Shown piece after piece: positions 23,409 through 35,713 of a stretch of DNA of 64,000 nt. This DNA is from Eledone cirrhosa (lineage: Eukaryota): contig OZ024742.1 of assembly GCA_964016885.1 (NCBI GenBank), forward strand, positions 217,124,001-217,188,000. Reading direction: 5' to 3'. The stretch's first letter is position 1, and each line of letters starts with the position of its first letter. A program made the translations under genes and the position numbers. The notes below the pieces were generated by a model, which was given only the letters and a program-made list of their open reading frames with translations, was not told the DNA's origin and did not search any database.

Positions 23409-26400
23409 TTCTTCTGGTTTTATCATTTCACAATTTTTCCCAATAGAGAGAGAGTCGGTTTCTAACATAGACACAAGACACTCATTGGAATTTACACAAC
23501 ATCAACTAGGTAGATATGTATGCATGCATGTGTAGATATGGATGTTATTGTATGTGTGGATGTGTATGTTTTGAGTTGTATGTGTGCATGTGTATATGCT
23601 TTGCATCTGTACATGTGTATATGCAGTTATTAGATGCAACATTTTTGGAATGTTTTACATATTTTTACTGTTCCATTAATGGATTGTACTTGTAATTTCC
23701 TAACTAGTTGTGTTCTTTCTGTTCCTGTGAAGCCTAGCTTCTCAAGATTTGTATTGAGGCAGTTACTAACATACCCCAGTGCCCCAATAATCACAGGCAT
23801 AAATCTGAAGTATCTGCAGGGTGGAGTATCTGCAGATTTCTCATCAGTTCTGCATAAATATTCTCCTTTTCATTAATCTTTGATATTATATTGGCATCTG
23901 CTGGGCAGCTAATTTCCTCTACTGTGCATGCTTTCTTCTCCCTGTCCCATATCATAATATCTGGTCTGTTATACCTGCATTTTATTGGGGTTTTTACTGG
24001 AACATTCTACCAGTACTCTTTCATATTATGTACATGGATGTCTTCCACATTGCTGTAGCTTTTAATGTGTTTATTATCGGGGCTATCTTTTTTACGAACT
24101 GCATTGTACAGTGTTTTGCCCACTACATCATGACTCATAGGTAGATAGTACCGCGATGACATCTTTGGACAGCTGCTGATGACATGGGTGATATCCTCGA
24201 TGTTAGTTCTGCAGAGTCTGCACTTGTTATCAGATCTAGGTGTTTTGCCTGCATCCCTATCTCTTTTGTGAATCAGGTATTTCGTGTTAATCTCCTGTTC
24301 TTGGATTGCAAAAGCGTATCCTTCAAAGTGGGAGCCAATATAGCGGTTGTTGGTCCAAGATAGACTACTTTCCTTATCTATATTACTCTCACTCTGGAGC
24401 TTCCTGGCAACATATCCATATGATTTTTTGTTGATAAGCATGCAGTTTTTCATCCATGGATACACTGCGATACTGCTGAGCGACATCCCTGGGTGTGAGT
24501 TTTTGATTATCACACAGGGGATATCTCTCGAGGAGTTCCTTCCCGACTCTCATGATCTTATCTGTTTCATGCAGATAGACTTGCTCGAGAAACGGGCTCC
24601 TACGCTTCGAGGTTCGTAGATGTCGGAGAGATATGATGCGACATTCAAATGTTGTCTGGACTTATGCTAGGCCTCTGCCTCCCTGCTTACGTTTCAAGTA
24701 AAGGCGGTCTATGTCAATGTTGATGTGGAAGTTTCCGGTGTTGTTTAGTATTTTTCGAGTTCCAACATCAACTGCTCGGATTTCCTCTATCGTCCAATTG
24801 AGTATTCCAAACGTTGGTGTTAGGACAGGCACAGCAAACACATTGTGAGCCACTGTTTTGTTTTGCGCAGAGAGTTCCGATGACCAGATCTTTCTTAATC
24901 GGGTGTAGTATTCCCTGGTTACGCGTTCTTTATTACAGATACCATTATAGGATATGTTCTCATCTATCCCCAGGTATCTGTAGAAGTTCTCATCAGATAT
25001 CGGTGAAACAGTTAGGCCATTGATGACAATGTTGCTAGATTGGGTTGTTGTTTTTCCCCGCTTTACAGTGATGTATGAGCATTTATCTTGGCCAAACTCC
25101 ATTCCTATATCCTTTGAGAACGTTGTAACCAGGTCAAGAATTTTCTTCATCCCATCCATGTTCTTGGCATAGAGTTTCAGATCGTCCACAAATAAATTAT
25201 GGGTTAGGTTCGTATTTCTGTCCTCCTGTGAGCCAATGATGTATCCCTCACATTTCTTGAGCAGAAAGGGCAAGGGGTTTAATGACAAGATGAATAATAT
25301 CACAGAAAGACTGTCCCCCTGAAATATACCCCTGCAATATTTTATTTTATCAGTGAAAATAGAGTCCTCCCTCTTTGTCTTTAACCTTAGGATAGTAGCC
25401 CAAGAAGAAGACAGCCTCTCTATGGCTCTGACAATAATGTCTGGGACTTTAGCAAGTTGGAGGGCCTCTATCATCCAAGAGTGGAGAACGGAATCGAAAG
25501 CTTTCCTGTAGTCCAGCCAGACTGTAGCCATATTCCTCCTAAGTTGTCGCACCTCCGACATCGCAGTTTTGTTGATTAGGAGTTGTTCAGCACATCCCCC
25601 AACCCCTTTCTTTCCAGCTGCTAGTTCATCTGTGATGATGATATTATTTTCACAGTGATCTTGGTGGAATAGGTTCAGGCAGGCTGTATACATCTTATAC
25701 ATCAGGTTCTGGCATGCAATGGGTCGGTAGTTTTTTGCCAAGTGGGTGTCTTTGTTCTTGGGGACCAGTAATGTTTGTGCTAATGTCAACCATTCTGGTA
25801 TAAGTGTATCTCCCTTAAGAACTTGTTGGTAGAGGTCAGTAAGATACCTCCGATAGAATATCAGTTTTTTGTACCAGTAGCCGACAATCATGTCTCTTCC
25901 TGGTGTTTTCTTATCTTGGAGTTTTCCTATCACAATCTCAAGGGTACCCTCACTTATTTCGTATGTTTTTGTTGTAGTGTAGGAGCAATAGTTCTTTCGG
26001 ATTTCTCTTAGCCACACTGCATCTTGGTTGAAATTCTTCTTTTCACCCCATGTTTTGCTCCAAAAGGAATCTTTGTCTTTCTGGGATGGGGCCTCAGTGA
26101 CACTTATTATTTTTCCCTTCATAACTCTATAGACTGATGTTTGGTTTCGTCTGAATCTTTTATTAAGCGTTTTTCTCTCATCTACCTTCTTCGGGTATCG
26201 GCGTTTTTCGCTAACAGCTCTCAATTCTTGTTTGAGGGTGATCAGCTTATATTGGAGAGTTCTGGTTCTACTGTTACCAAACATCATCTCTATTTTATTT
26301 TTCACTCTTTGTTGGTGAGGAGTGAGGTTTTTTTGTGTTTGTTTGCATGTAAGGAGCATTGTCACATATCCTATGTTTTTTCGTAGTTCAGCAATCTTTT

Positions 26401-26696
26401 TTTCTATTTTAGTTATATATGATGGTATTTTTGGTGGTGTTCTGTTCTTGTTAATATCTCTGCTATCACCAAGATAATACTTCACTGTCGTTGCTAAGGC
26501 ATATAAAAAGGCGTTGATTTGCCAAAATGTTGGGGTTTTTATCCGTCGTAAATATTCATCCCCTATTTCGTCAATAACACGTAATATTTCATTATTTGTT
26601 TTTTTATTAAACATTGTCGTTTTAATACGTTCAGCAAGAGCGATATTTATACATGAATTAATTTCTCTCTGGAAAATTTCGTTGAGGGAAAATTTC
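23409..26696 (-). mobile_element. R4/Dong-like non-LTR retrotransposon A (RT, CCHC, REL endonuclease); 5'-truncated, several stops and frameshifts
   Basis: ORF 24662-26698: KNYRPIAC, WLDYRKAFDSV, GIFQGDSLS, HNLFVDDLKLY, RLYLKRKQGGRGL. ORF 24007-24513: AIQEQEINTKY, CRLCRTNIEDITHVISSC. NRPDIMIWD near 23950-23975. The 3' UTR ends at CATACATACA (23399-23408). Confidence 0.9.
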
Positions 26697-26751
26697 ATGT
26701 ATGTATGTATGTATGTATGTATGTATGTATGTATGTATGTATGTATGTATG
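26697..26751. repeat. (ATGT)n microsatellite between the two R4-like elements
   Basis: Directly visible. Confidence 0.97.
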
Positions 26752-27835
26752 TTTTCTCTTTCTCTTAATTTCGAGTATATTTTTTTTGACCGGCCACCTT
26801 CCTGGTGGCAAGGTTGTAAAAGAAAAGAAATTGTCATCCCTTGAATCGCAAGAATGTTTTGCAAATTTTGAAGGTGCCAGCTATCGCAGCCATTTGTAGA
26901 CTATGAATTAGGGCGCTGCGCTTTTTGTCCGCAAATCCAAGTTCGGTCATACTTTGGTCCAAGCGGGTTGGTATATAACCCGTAGCACCAATAATGATGG
27001 GTATGAAGCTAAAGGTGTATCTTGGATACTGGATTTGTAAACTCCTCATCAATGGTCCGTAGATGTCCTCCTTCTCCTGTATTTTTCTGACAACGTTTAC
27101 ATCAAGTGGGCAGCTGATCTCCACAACAGAACACGTTTTCAATGTGTGGTCCCAAACTACAATATCAGGCCGGTTGTGCTTTAATTTGGTGGCAGTTTTT
27201 ATTTTCAGGTTCCACCAGTATTCCTTAGTGCCATCTGTCTCAATATATTCTTCCTCGTTTGTTGTTAATTTTGTTTTCCGAAGTGCGTTCCAGATGGTTC
27301 TAGCTATCCCATCGTGTCTCGTGGGGAGGTAGTAGCGAGATGACATTCTTTCACAGTTGGCAACAATGTGGCTTACATCCTCGATCTTTGTTTTACATAG
27401 CCTACATTTATTGTCAGCTGCTGGCCCTCCTCTTTTGTGCAGCAGATATTTGGTAGGGAGTTCTTGTTCCTGTATTGCATAGAGATATCCCTCAAGGTGT
27501 GATGTCATAAACTTGTCGGAACTCCATGCCAGGCATTTTGAGTGGTTTATCCCCTCTATGGTCTGTGTTTTACGCCTCAAGTATCCATGCACAACTTTTT
27601 CTGTAAATTGGTCAATTTTTTTATCTTGTTTGAACATTGAATAGGATCTTCCGATTTCTCTGGGTGAGAGATTTATATCAGGCTTTATTCCATATCTCTC
27701 CTCCAGATCAGTCGCTATTCTAATGATATTTCTTTTTTCATGCTCATAAACCTGAGCAAGATGGTTGCCAACCTTTTTCCTCTGTTGAAGGTGTTGCTTC
27801 AGTGTTACTATCCGGGTCTCATATGTTGTTAATAT
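26752..27835 (-). mobile_element. R4/Dong-like retrotransposon B, 3' fragment (CCHC and REL endonuclease), a different family from A
   Basis: ORF 26834-27637: AIQEQELPTKY, CRLCKTKIEDVSHIVANC, RHDG, HNRPDIVVWD, VVEISCP, EKEDIY. Short 3' UTR with hairpin GCCACC-TTCCT-GGTGGC (26793-26809). Confidence 0.9.
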
Positions 27836-27897
27836 TGTATGTATGTATGTATGTATGTATTTATGTATGTATGTATGTATGTATTATGTATGTATGT
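27836..27897. repeat. (ATGT)n microsatellite upstream of R4-like element B
   Basis: Directly visible. Confidence 0.97.
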
Positions 27898-30571
27898 CTC
27901 ATGGTCTGGTCGTCGGCGACTAAACCGGCAACCCCACCAAGCTTTGGACACCCTGTGGGATGAAATACAAGACCCGGCAAAGGGCGGAGGAACTCAGCAG
28001 AGTCAATGGCCATACAAATAGTACTTTCTTTTTTTTTTTCACCTGAAAAAGAACCTGCGGTTTCTGAAGCATCCGATGATGTTGACCAGTTCTCCTTTCC
28101 GAGTAGTGTTTTCGATGCTCAGAGAGTGGGATTGGTCGCGTGCAAAGCCCTTCCCCACTTAAAAAAACCTTCAAATAACAGGCATCACTTGTTCAGGATC
28201 TGTTACAGGTTCGTGTGGCTGGCCGTAGCCTAAAAGTGCACCAAACTCTATGATGACAGATGATAACCTTGAAGTCAATGGCAGTAAGGGCTCTGGAACT
28301 TATTGTGTAAGGGGTCTGGCCCGGCAGGTGTCCCATGGCACCGCAGCGTGGGCTCGGTCGTCATCCTGCAACTGCAAAGAGGTTCAAACCTCTGAATATT
28401 GGATGCTGGGATGTAAGAACTTTACTTGATTCCCAGTCCAGTGAAACTCGCCCTGAAAGAAGATTTGCTTTGGTGTCGAGGGAACTCAATCGCTATAGTA
28501 TGGACATCGTTACTCTTTCAGAAATGAGATTGGAAGATGGGGGTCAATTCACAGAACAGAAGGGAGGATATACCTTCTGTTGGAGTGGTGGAGCAGAGGG
28601 TTGTAGGAGAGAAGCAGGGGTCGCATTTGCTGTCAGGAATGGAATCGTCTCAGAGCTGGAAAATCTTCCTTGTGGATTCAATGATCGGATAATGTCCATG
28701 AGAGTCCCTCTGATTCAAAACCACTTTGTGACTCTGGTCAGTGTGTACGCTCCTACTATGTGTGTCAGAGATGATGGAAAACTAAATTTTTACATGTCTT
28801 TGAGTGAGGTCATCCATGGTATACCTTATACAGACAAGATTGTCATCCTTGGTGATTTTAATGCACGTGTTGGTATGACTGGCAAGCTTGGAGTGTGATG
28901 GGCAGGCATGGAGTAGGTAAGTGCAATAACAATGGCCTACTTATGTTGCAGATATGTACTGAGATGGATATTGTTGTTGGGAACACGCTCTTTCAGCAGA
29001 AAGACAAATATAAGACAACTTGGATGCATCCAGGTTCCAAGGAGTGGCACCTTATTGACTTTCTTTTAATGGGGAAACGTGAAATCAGGGATATCACATT
29101 GGTTCGTGTATTGCGAGGCGTGGAATGTTGGGCTGATCATAATCTGGTGCGCGCCAAATTTCAATTTGTTGTGAAGCCCAAAGTAAGAGGGAAGAAGGTT
29201 GCACTTCTAAAACAACTAAACGTGGCTCGTCTGAAAACAGAAAGTCAGAGCTGATCTGTCGAAGTCCCTTGAGTCGATGGAATGTGAAAACACGTGGGAA
29301 TCATTGAAGAAAACCGTCTCTGATGTTAGTGCTGGAGTTTTAAGTCATACCAATAGAAAGCATAAAGACTGGTTCGATGAAAATGATGCAGTGATCCAGA
29401 TCTTGCTTGAAGAGAAACAAAAAGTGCTGACGTCATTGTTGTGTGAGACACGTTCTGGCAGGAATAACCGGACCTTCAGGCAGATCAAGGCACTTGTACA
29501 ACATCGATTGAGAGCCATGCAGGATACCTGGTGGAGCCAAAAGGCTGATGAAATCCAGAAGGCCTCAGATAGACATGATACAAAGCTCTTATACAGACTG
29601 CTCATGGTGGTGTATGGTCCGATCGGTCCACAAATATCACCACTTAGCTCCAGGGACGGCAAGGAATTGCTCAGAGATCCGAAGGAAATCCTGATCAGGT
29701 GGCATGACCACTTTGATGAGCTTCTCAACAGACCATCAGAAATTGATGATGAGTTCATTCGGTCGATTTCATCCAGACTTACAAAGTTGGCAATGGCTGA
29801 TCCTCCTTCATTTGATGAGGTGGCGAAGGCCATTGCCAAATTAAATAGCGGCAAGTCACCTGGAATGGATGGACTGGTGCCGAGATCTTCAAGTGTGCTG
29901 GTGATAACTTCTTAAACCGCCTCACTGATCTCTTTGTGAATGTTTGGAATGAAGAAGATGTACCACAGGACTGGAAAGATGCATTGATGGTGGTACTTTA
30001 CAAAGGAAAGGGAGCCAAAGATGACTGTGTTAACTACAAAGGTATCTCACTGCTATCTGTGGCTGGAAAGATCTTGTTCAGGATTTTTTTGGACAGATTG
30101 ATACAGCACATTGCTGTTGGGGTATTTCCTGAGTCTCAATGTGGCTTTAGGAATAGCAGAGGCACTGTTGACATGATCTTCTCGGCCAAACAGCTTCAAG
30201 AGAAGTGCATTGAGCAACGCATGGACTTATACCAAATTTTTGTCGATCTGACCAAGGCATTTGACACCGTTAATCGGAAGGCTTTGTGGGTTATTTTGGA
30301 GAGATTGGGCTGTCCTGAAAAGTTTGTGAACTTTCTGAAACTCTTCCACGATGACATGCAGGCATGGGTGAATGTTGGAGGTAAACTGCCTGAGCCAATC
30401 TCGGTTGAAAATGGTATCAAGCAGGGTGATATACCTGCACCAACATTGTTTGCCTTGTATTTCGTAATGGTGTTCTTCATGGCCTTCAAGGATTGTCAAC
30501 ACGGTATCTATCTCAGATATCGCACTTCCGGCAAGCTGTTTAACCTCAGGCGTCTCACTGCCAACACTAAG
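27898..30571 (+). mobile_element. RTE-clade (BovB-like) LINE: 5' UTR, APE and N-terminal RT; frameshifted and cut off before the catalytic ADD motif
   Basis: ORFs 28335-28898 (SVYAPT, GDFNARVG), 28895-29254 (TWMHPGSKEWHLID, CWADH), 29277-29915 (GKSPGMDG) and 29936 onward (PESQCGFR, FVDLTKAFDTV, GIKQG). Ends abruptly at (GTA)n. Confidence 0.92.
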
Positions 30572-30641
<70 letters not shown>

Positions 30642-30645
30642 CGGC

Positions 30646-30719
<74 letters not shown>

Positions 30720-30736
30720 CGGTGGTAGTGGTGGTG

Positions 30737-30812
<76 letters not shown>

Positions 30813-30829
30813 CGGTGGTGGTGGTGGTA

Positions 30830-30881
<52 letters not shown>

Positions 30882-30901
30882 CGGTGGTAGTGGTGGTGGT
30901 G

Positions 30902-30950
<49 letters not shown>

Positions 30951-30955
30951 CGGCG

Positions 30956-31009
<54 letters not shown>

Positions 31010-31020
31010 TTGGTAGTTGT
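30572..31020. repeat. (GTA)n array punctuated by GGC/GGT runs
   Basis: Directly visible. Confidence 0.95.
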
Positions 31021-31269
31021 GTATATATATATATATTGACGAGGTGAAAGTATCAACTATAATCTCACTTGCACACATTACTCACTCAATGAATTATAGA
31101 AGGAACTTGTAAGGCTCAAAAGCTGTCTCAGGGTGCTTACCAAGTGTATGTTAGCAGTGTGGTATGTGCACCTAATTAGCCTGGACATAGGTTTCTGAAG
31201 ACTCAGAAGACAAGTGCAATTGCAACTTGCAACACTGCACCTGTGTCATCATAAGTCTATGATGTATGG

Positions 31270-31468
<199 letters not shown>

Positions 31469-31870
31469 TAAAGGTAAACAGAAATAACAAAAATAACAAA
31501 ACAAATCGCACAGTACATGGAAGAAATATATTAGTTTAACGCTTGAAATAGCAAGAAGAGCTATATATATATATATATATAATTAGGTAGAGTATGTGTT
31601 AGTTAATCACCGACACCATTGTATGCAGGATAGAGCACTAAATTGCCTGATGCAAGCGGCCAAGTTTTTCCATCGTTATTTTAGTCTGTTACAGTAGGGG
31701 CTTAGGTGGTTGATGGCTTCTTGACCGCCATCTCAGTTTGTTTGGCCTTTATAACCTATGTTTATTGCTCTGGTCTTTATTTGGTCCATGGAGCGCTTGC
31801 CAGCATAACTCGGATATTGCGTTTCGCTTTGTTTTCAACCACAGCCGAAATCCGAATCTCGCTGAAATTA

Positions 31871-31920
<50 letters not shown>

Positions 31921-31923
<3 letters not shown>

Positions 31924-32250
31924 TTTTCCCCCGGTATTCACGGGGATTACGTTCCTAGAGTAGCCGCGAAGATTGAAAAACCGCGAATATTAGACGTGGT
32001 TATTAAAAATGCCTATAAACGTCAAAACATAACGTAAAATATAGGCCAGCAAATGCGGTATATTGTTCTTAATAATTTAGCGTAAAAAAAACGTGAAAAA
32101 GTATATATTGCCAGGAAAAAAAGCCATTAAAAAATCGCGGAAGATATTTACGATTCCGCGAATATGCAGTGGTTTCCACGACCAATTATTAGTTAGGTTC
32201 TAAGGAAAATTCCGCGAATAACCGGGACCACAAATGCCGGGCGTACACTG
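31921..32250. mobile_element. pogo/Tigger-like MITE inserted in (TA)n
   Basis: Ends CAGTTTTCCCCCGGTATTCACGG and CCGCGAATAACCGG...GGGCGTACACTG; TA flanks; internal CCGCGAA repeats. Confidence 0.7.
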
Positions 32251-32673
32251 TATATATATATATATATATAAAACATGAGAAGAAAGAATACTGCGTGGTT
32301 GCACATGGGTTACATATGATAAAAATAGTCCTTCGTCAGTGATTTTCCAACCTTCATTGGTATTTCATCGCTTTAAAAATCATACACCTCCGGTTGGTGC
32401 GAGTAATAGCTAAATAAAGCTATTGGGACAAGTAAATCGCGTAAAGCGGGCGAGACAAGTAAACAGACATAGAAGGATTGATATATATATATCTATATGT
32501 ATACACATACACAAACCATACAGGATTTTTAATATATAAAAAATGTATTTCTACAAACACATTTCTTGCAGCTTCTGTCTGTTTAGTACACAATATACAT
32601 ATTATATATACATATATACATATTATATATACATATATACGTATCATATATACATATATACAAATGCATATGC

Positions 32674-32733
<60 letters not shown>

Positions 32734-32736
<3 letters not shown>

Positions 32737-32860
32737 AACCAGTAAGACCCCGACAGCTGAGCTCAAGCCGTTTCGACGGCTAATTCTGGACTAGAATTAG
32801 CCGTCCAGAATTAGCCGTCGAAACGGCTTGAGCTCAGCTGTCGGGGTCTTACTGGTTCCT
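32734..32860. repeat. Perfect 58-bp inverted repeat with an 11-bp spacer, between (TA)n tracts
   Basis: Arms 32734-32791 and 32803-32860. The spacer TAGAATTAGCC duplicates adjacent arm sequence. Confidence 0.92.
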
Positions 32861-32876
32861 TACCACATTTCCTTCG

Positions 32877-32911
<35 letters not shown>

Positions 32912-33174
32912 CGAATAACCGGGACCGCGAATGCCAGGGGTGTACTGTATATATATATTCGAGTAAATCAGTGTGATAGCTTAGAGCGTGGTAAAATCCA
33001 AAAGCTGAGGGCTATGGATGTGATAGGATATTTATCCACGTCTGTACGGAGAAGTATTCAAAGTGAAATATTTAACAAGACAAGAAAAAAATCTAAAGTG
33101 TTTTTCAGATAACATCAAACACTTTAATGTTTCTTTTTTTTTTTACTTGTCCTTGTCTTGTATATTCCACTTTG

Positions 33175-33213
33175 AATATACATATGTACACACATACTTA
33201 TACACACATATAA

Positions 33214-33311
<98 letters not shown>

Positions 33312-33314
33312 GTG

Positions 33315-33361
<47 letters not shown>

Positions 33362-33402
33362 ATATGTGTATATACATATATATATATATATATACCTATA
33401 TA

Positions 33403-33444
<42 letters not shown>

Positions 33445-33610
33445 TATGTATATATATATATATATATACACACACACTCACACACATATATATATATTTA
33501 TATATATATATATATATATGCATATATGAGTACATGTGTATAATTATATATATATATATACATGTGTGTGTGTGTGTGTGTTTGAGTGCAGACATACACA
33601 CACACACACA

Positions 33611-33652
<42 letters not shown>
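33175..33652. repeat. Long compound (TA)n/(GT)n/(CA)n microsatellite
   Basis: Directly visible. Confidence 0.95.
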
Positions 33653-33654
<2 letters not shown>

Positions 33655-34164
33655 ATAAGCTGAAATCAATTGCCAATTCGTTATGTAGACGTGCTTCAGT
33701 ATTTGTGAACGAGACACCAAACTTAACATAATAATATCTTAGATTTATAGAATACAACAAACACCCGTTAGCAACATTTTAGAAAAATTATTGATTTCTT
33801 CTTAAAACTGGTTGAGATTAGAAGATTTTAGTTGAGTTTGTGCTGTAATATATTTCTATATATTTTTTCTTAACATTACTATTTCATTTTATTTTTATTT
33901 GATTTATTAATTTATATATTTATTCATTCATTCATTCGTTCATTAAATCCGCTAAATTGAAAAAGGTGCGAGGAACATCAGCTCTAAATAACTAGCAAGA
34001 GTTCTGCCACACCTAACATATAGAGTAAATTTTTAGATCAACATATATTGTTAATTTCCTTTTCTGTTCTCCAAGCTTTCTCTTGCACAGTTTTGTTCTA
34101 TCGATGGTTTTCCGTAATCTATGTACTTTGTGGCTTAGTCTAGTCTTTCCATGACTGATACTAT

Positions 34165-34390
34165 CTGACGGCCACAACTCCTGGCAGAATTTGAACTCAG
34201 AATGCAAAGAGCCGGATAAGATAATGCAAAGCATCTGTCCGGCTCTAACAATTCCACCAATTCAGCGCCCTTCAGTTGGTACTTTACTTATCACCCCGAA
34301 AGACTAAAGTTGATCTTGCTGGGATTTGAACACCAAACGAAGAGAGCCGGGGTTAATACTGACCCCCTTACAACTCTGTGAATTTGTCGC
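34165..34390 (-). mobile_element. Two decayed SINE copies
   Basis: GAATTTGAACTCAGAATGCAAAGAGCCGG and GGTACTTTACTTATCACCCCGAAAG...GGGATTTGAAC. Confidence 0.6.
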
Positions 34391-34921
34391 CAGAAACACT
34401 AGGATTTATTTTGTTGTTTTCACTCTACAGAAAAAAAGCTTGAGCTGAGAAACGTGAAGTTGCGATACACTCGTCAGTGTTATAGTCTTGTCACCGCAGG
34501 ATCCTACATCGGCTTCGACGATGAGCATTCAGTTGTTCGATCAATTGAATATCCGACTCGTTAAGTTACCTTGTAAATGACTTAGTACACCACAAATAAG
34601 GATACAGGTGCAATCCATCCGACAGGCTTCCATGCAGTTTCCGTTAAACCAATTTCACACATTCACACACATGCGGGCGCGCGTTTGTAGCGTAGCCCTC
34701 AGTAAGATTTAGTGTAACACTGTGGGTTGATGCTGGCCCTTTAAATAAATAAATATATATATATATAAAATGTTGAGTATGTGTTGGTTGTTTACCGACA
34801 CCTCAGTATGAAGGCTGGAACACCCAACGGCGAGCGTAGGCTGGTTTGTTCACTCCGGAGTAATGTAAAAATAAGAGGTGTAAGTCAACAAGGTAAAATT
34901 AGCTTCGTTTATTCATATTCG

Positions 34922-34978
34922 CTGCCATATATATTTCAGTAATAGCCATTATTCAACAGCTATGACCTCATCAGGCAG
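34922..34978 (-). ncRNA. Type I hammerhead ribozyme with a mutated cleavage triplet (AUG), inside a (TA)n-flanked element at about 34770-35095
   Basis: CUGC-CUGAUGA-long stem II (GGUCAUAGCUGUU/AAUGGCUAUUACU)-GAAA-UAUAUA-UG-GCAG. Confidence 0.7.
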
Positions 34979-35092
34979 TAAGAATTTAAACAGAAAAAAA
35001 CAGGAAAACATAATGTTGTAATGGATTTTACCTTGTCAATTCATTGATATGCCCAGCTCCTGGGTATGTTGTTGTCCTCTAAGGAACTGGAA

Positions 35093-35201
<109 letters not shown>

Positions 35202-35342
35202 TATATATATATATATGTAGGAGGTGAGTTTTATTGTAGTACAATAAAGCAATGCAGATATCGGATAAGAAGCACTCTACAGTTTGTAGGACTGGAGTAT
35301 ACATAATATATAAGATCAAAAGATGCTTAAAAGAGTTCCATG

Positions 35343-35413
35343 TATTTTATTATGCGCATTTCAAAAACAAATATCATCATGCAATAACATTTGTGTTTTC
35401 ATCAGATAAAATA
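35343..35413 (-). ncRNA. Type I hammerhead ribozyme (intact core)
   Basis: Reverse complement of 35561-35631. Confidence 0.85.
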
Positions 35414-35560
35414 GGAAGACATGATATGAAGGTTAAAAAACACTTGTGGATAGTGCAGTTTTAAATCAACATATGTTGATTTAAAACTGCACTATCAACA
35501 TATGTTGATTTAAAACTGCACTATCCACAAGTGTTTTTTAACCTTCATATCATGTCCTCC

Positions 35561-35631
35561 TATTTTATCTGATGAAAACACAAATGTTATTGCATGATGA
35601 TATTTGTTTTTGAAATGCGCATAATAAAATA
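35561..35631 (+). ncRNA. Type I hammerhead ribozyme (intact core, AUA triplet, predicted cut after 35623)
   Basis: Stem I UAUUUUAU/AUAAAAUA (8 bp), CUGAUGA at 35569-35575, long stem II, GAAA at 35612-35615, palindromic short stem III AUGCGCAU. Confidence 0.87.
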
Positions 35632-35668
35632 CATGGAACTCTTTTAACCATCTTTTGATCTTATATAT

Positions 35669-35711
<43 letters not shown>

Positions 35712-35713
<2 letters not shown>

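Larger units (their letters stand above)
35217..35676. mobile_element. Fold-back Penelope-pLTR-like mini-element, family H1, in (TA)n
   Basis: Inverted repeat 35298-35676 (near-perfect arms of about 175 bp) centred on CAACAT|ATGTTG, with a 29-bp tandem duplication. Hammerhead on each arm. Second copy at 45950. Confidence 0.75.

Noticed and set aside
27898-27935. HDV-like ribozyme at the RTE 5' end (GGCGACTAAACCGGC)
   Set aside because: Only a possible 3' part is visible and I could not assemble the nested pseudoknot; the upstream sequence is microsatellite.
31180-31260. Minus-strand hammerhead-like motif (ATGATGA...GAAACCTATGTC)
   Set aside because: Core and stems are too degenerate to call.
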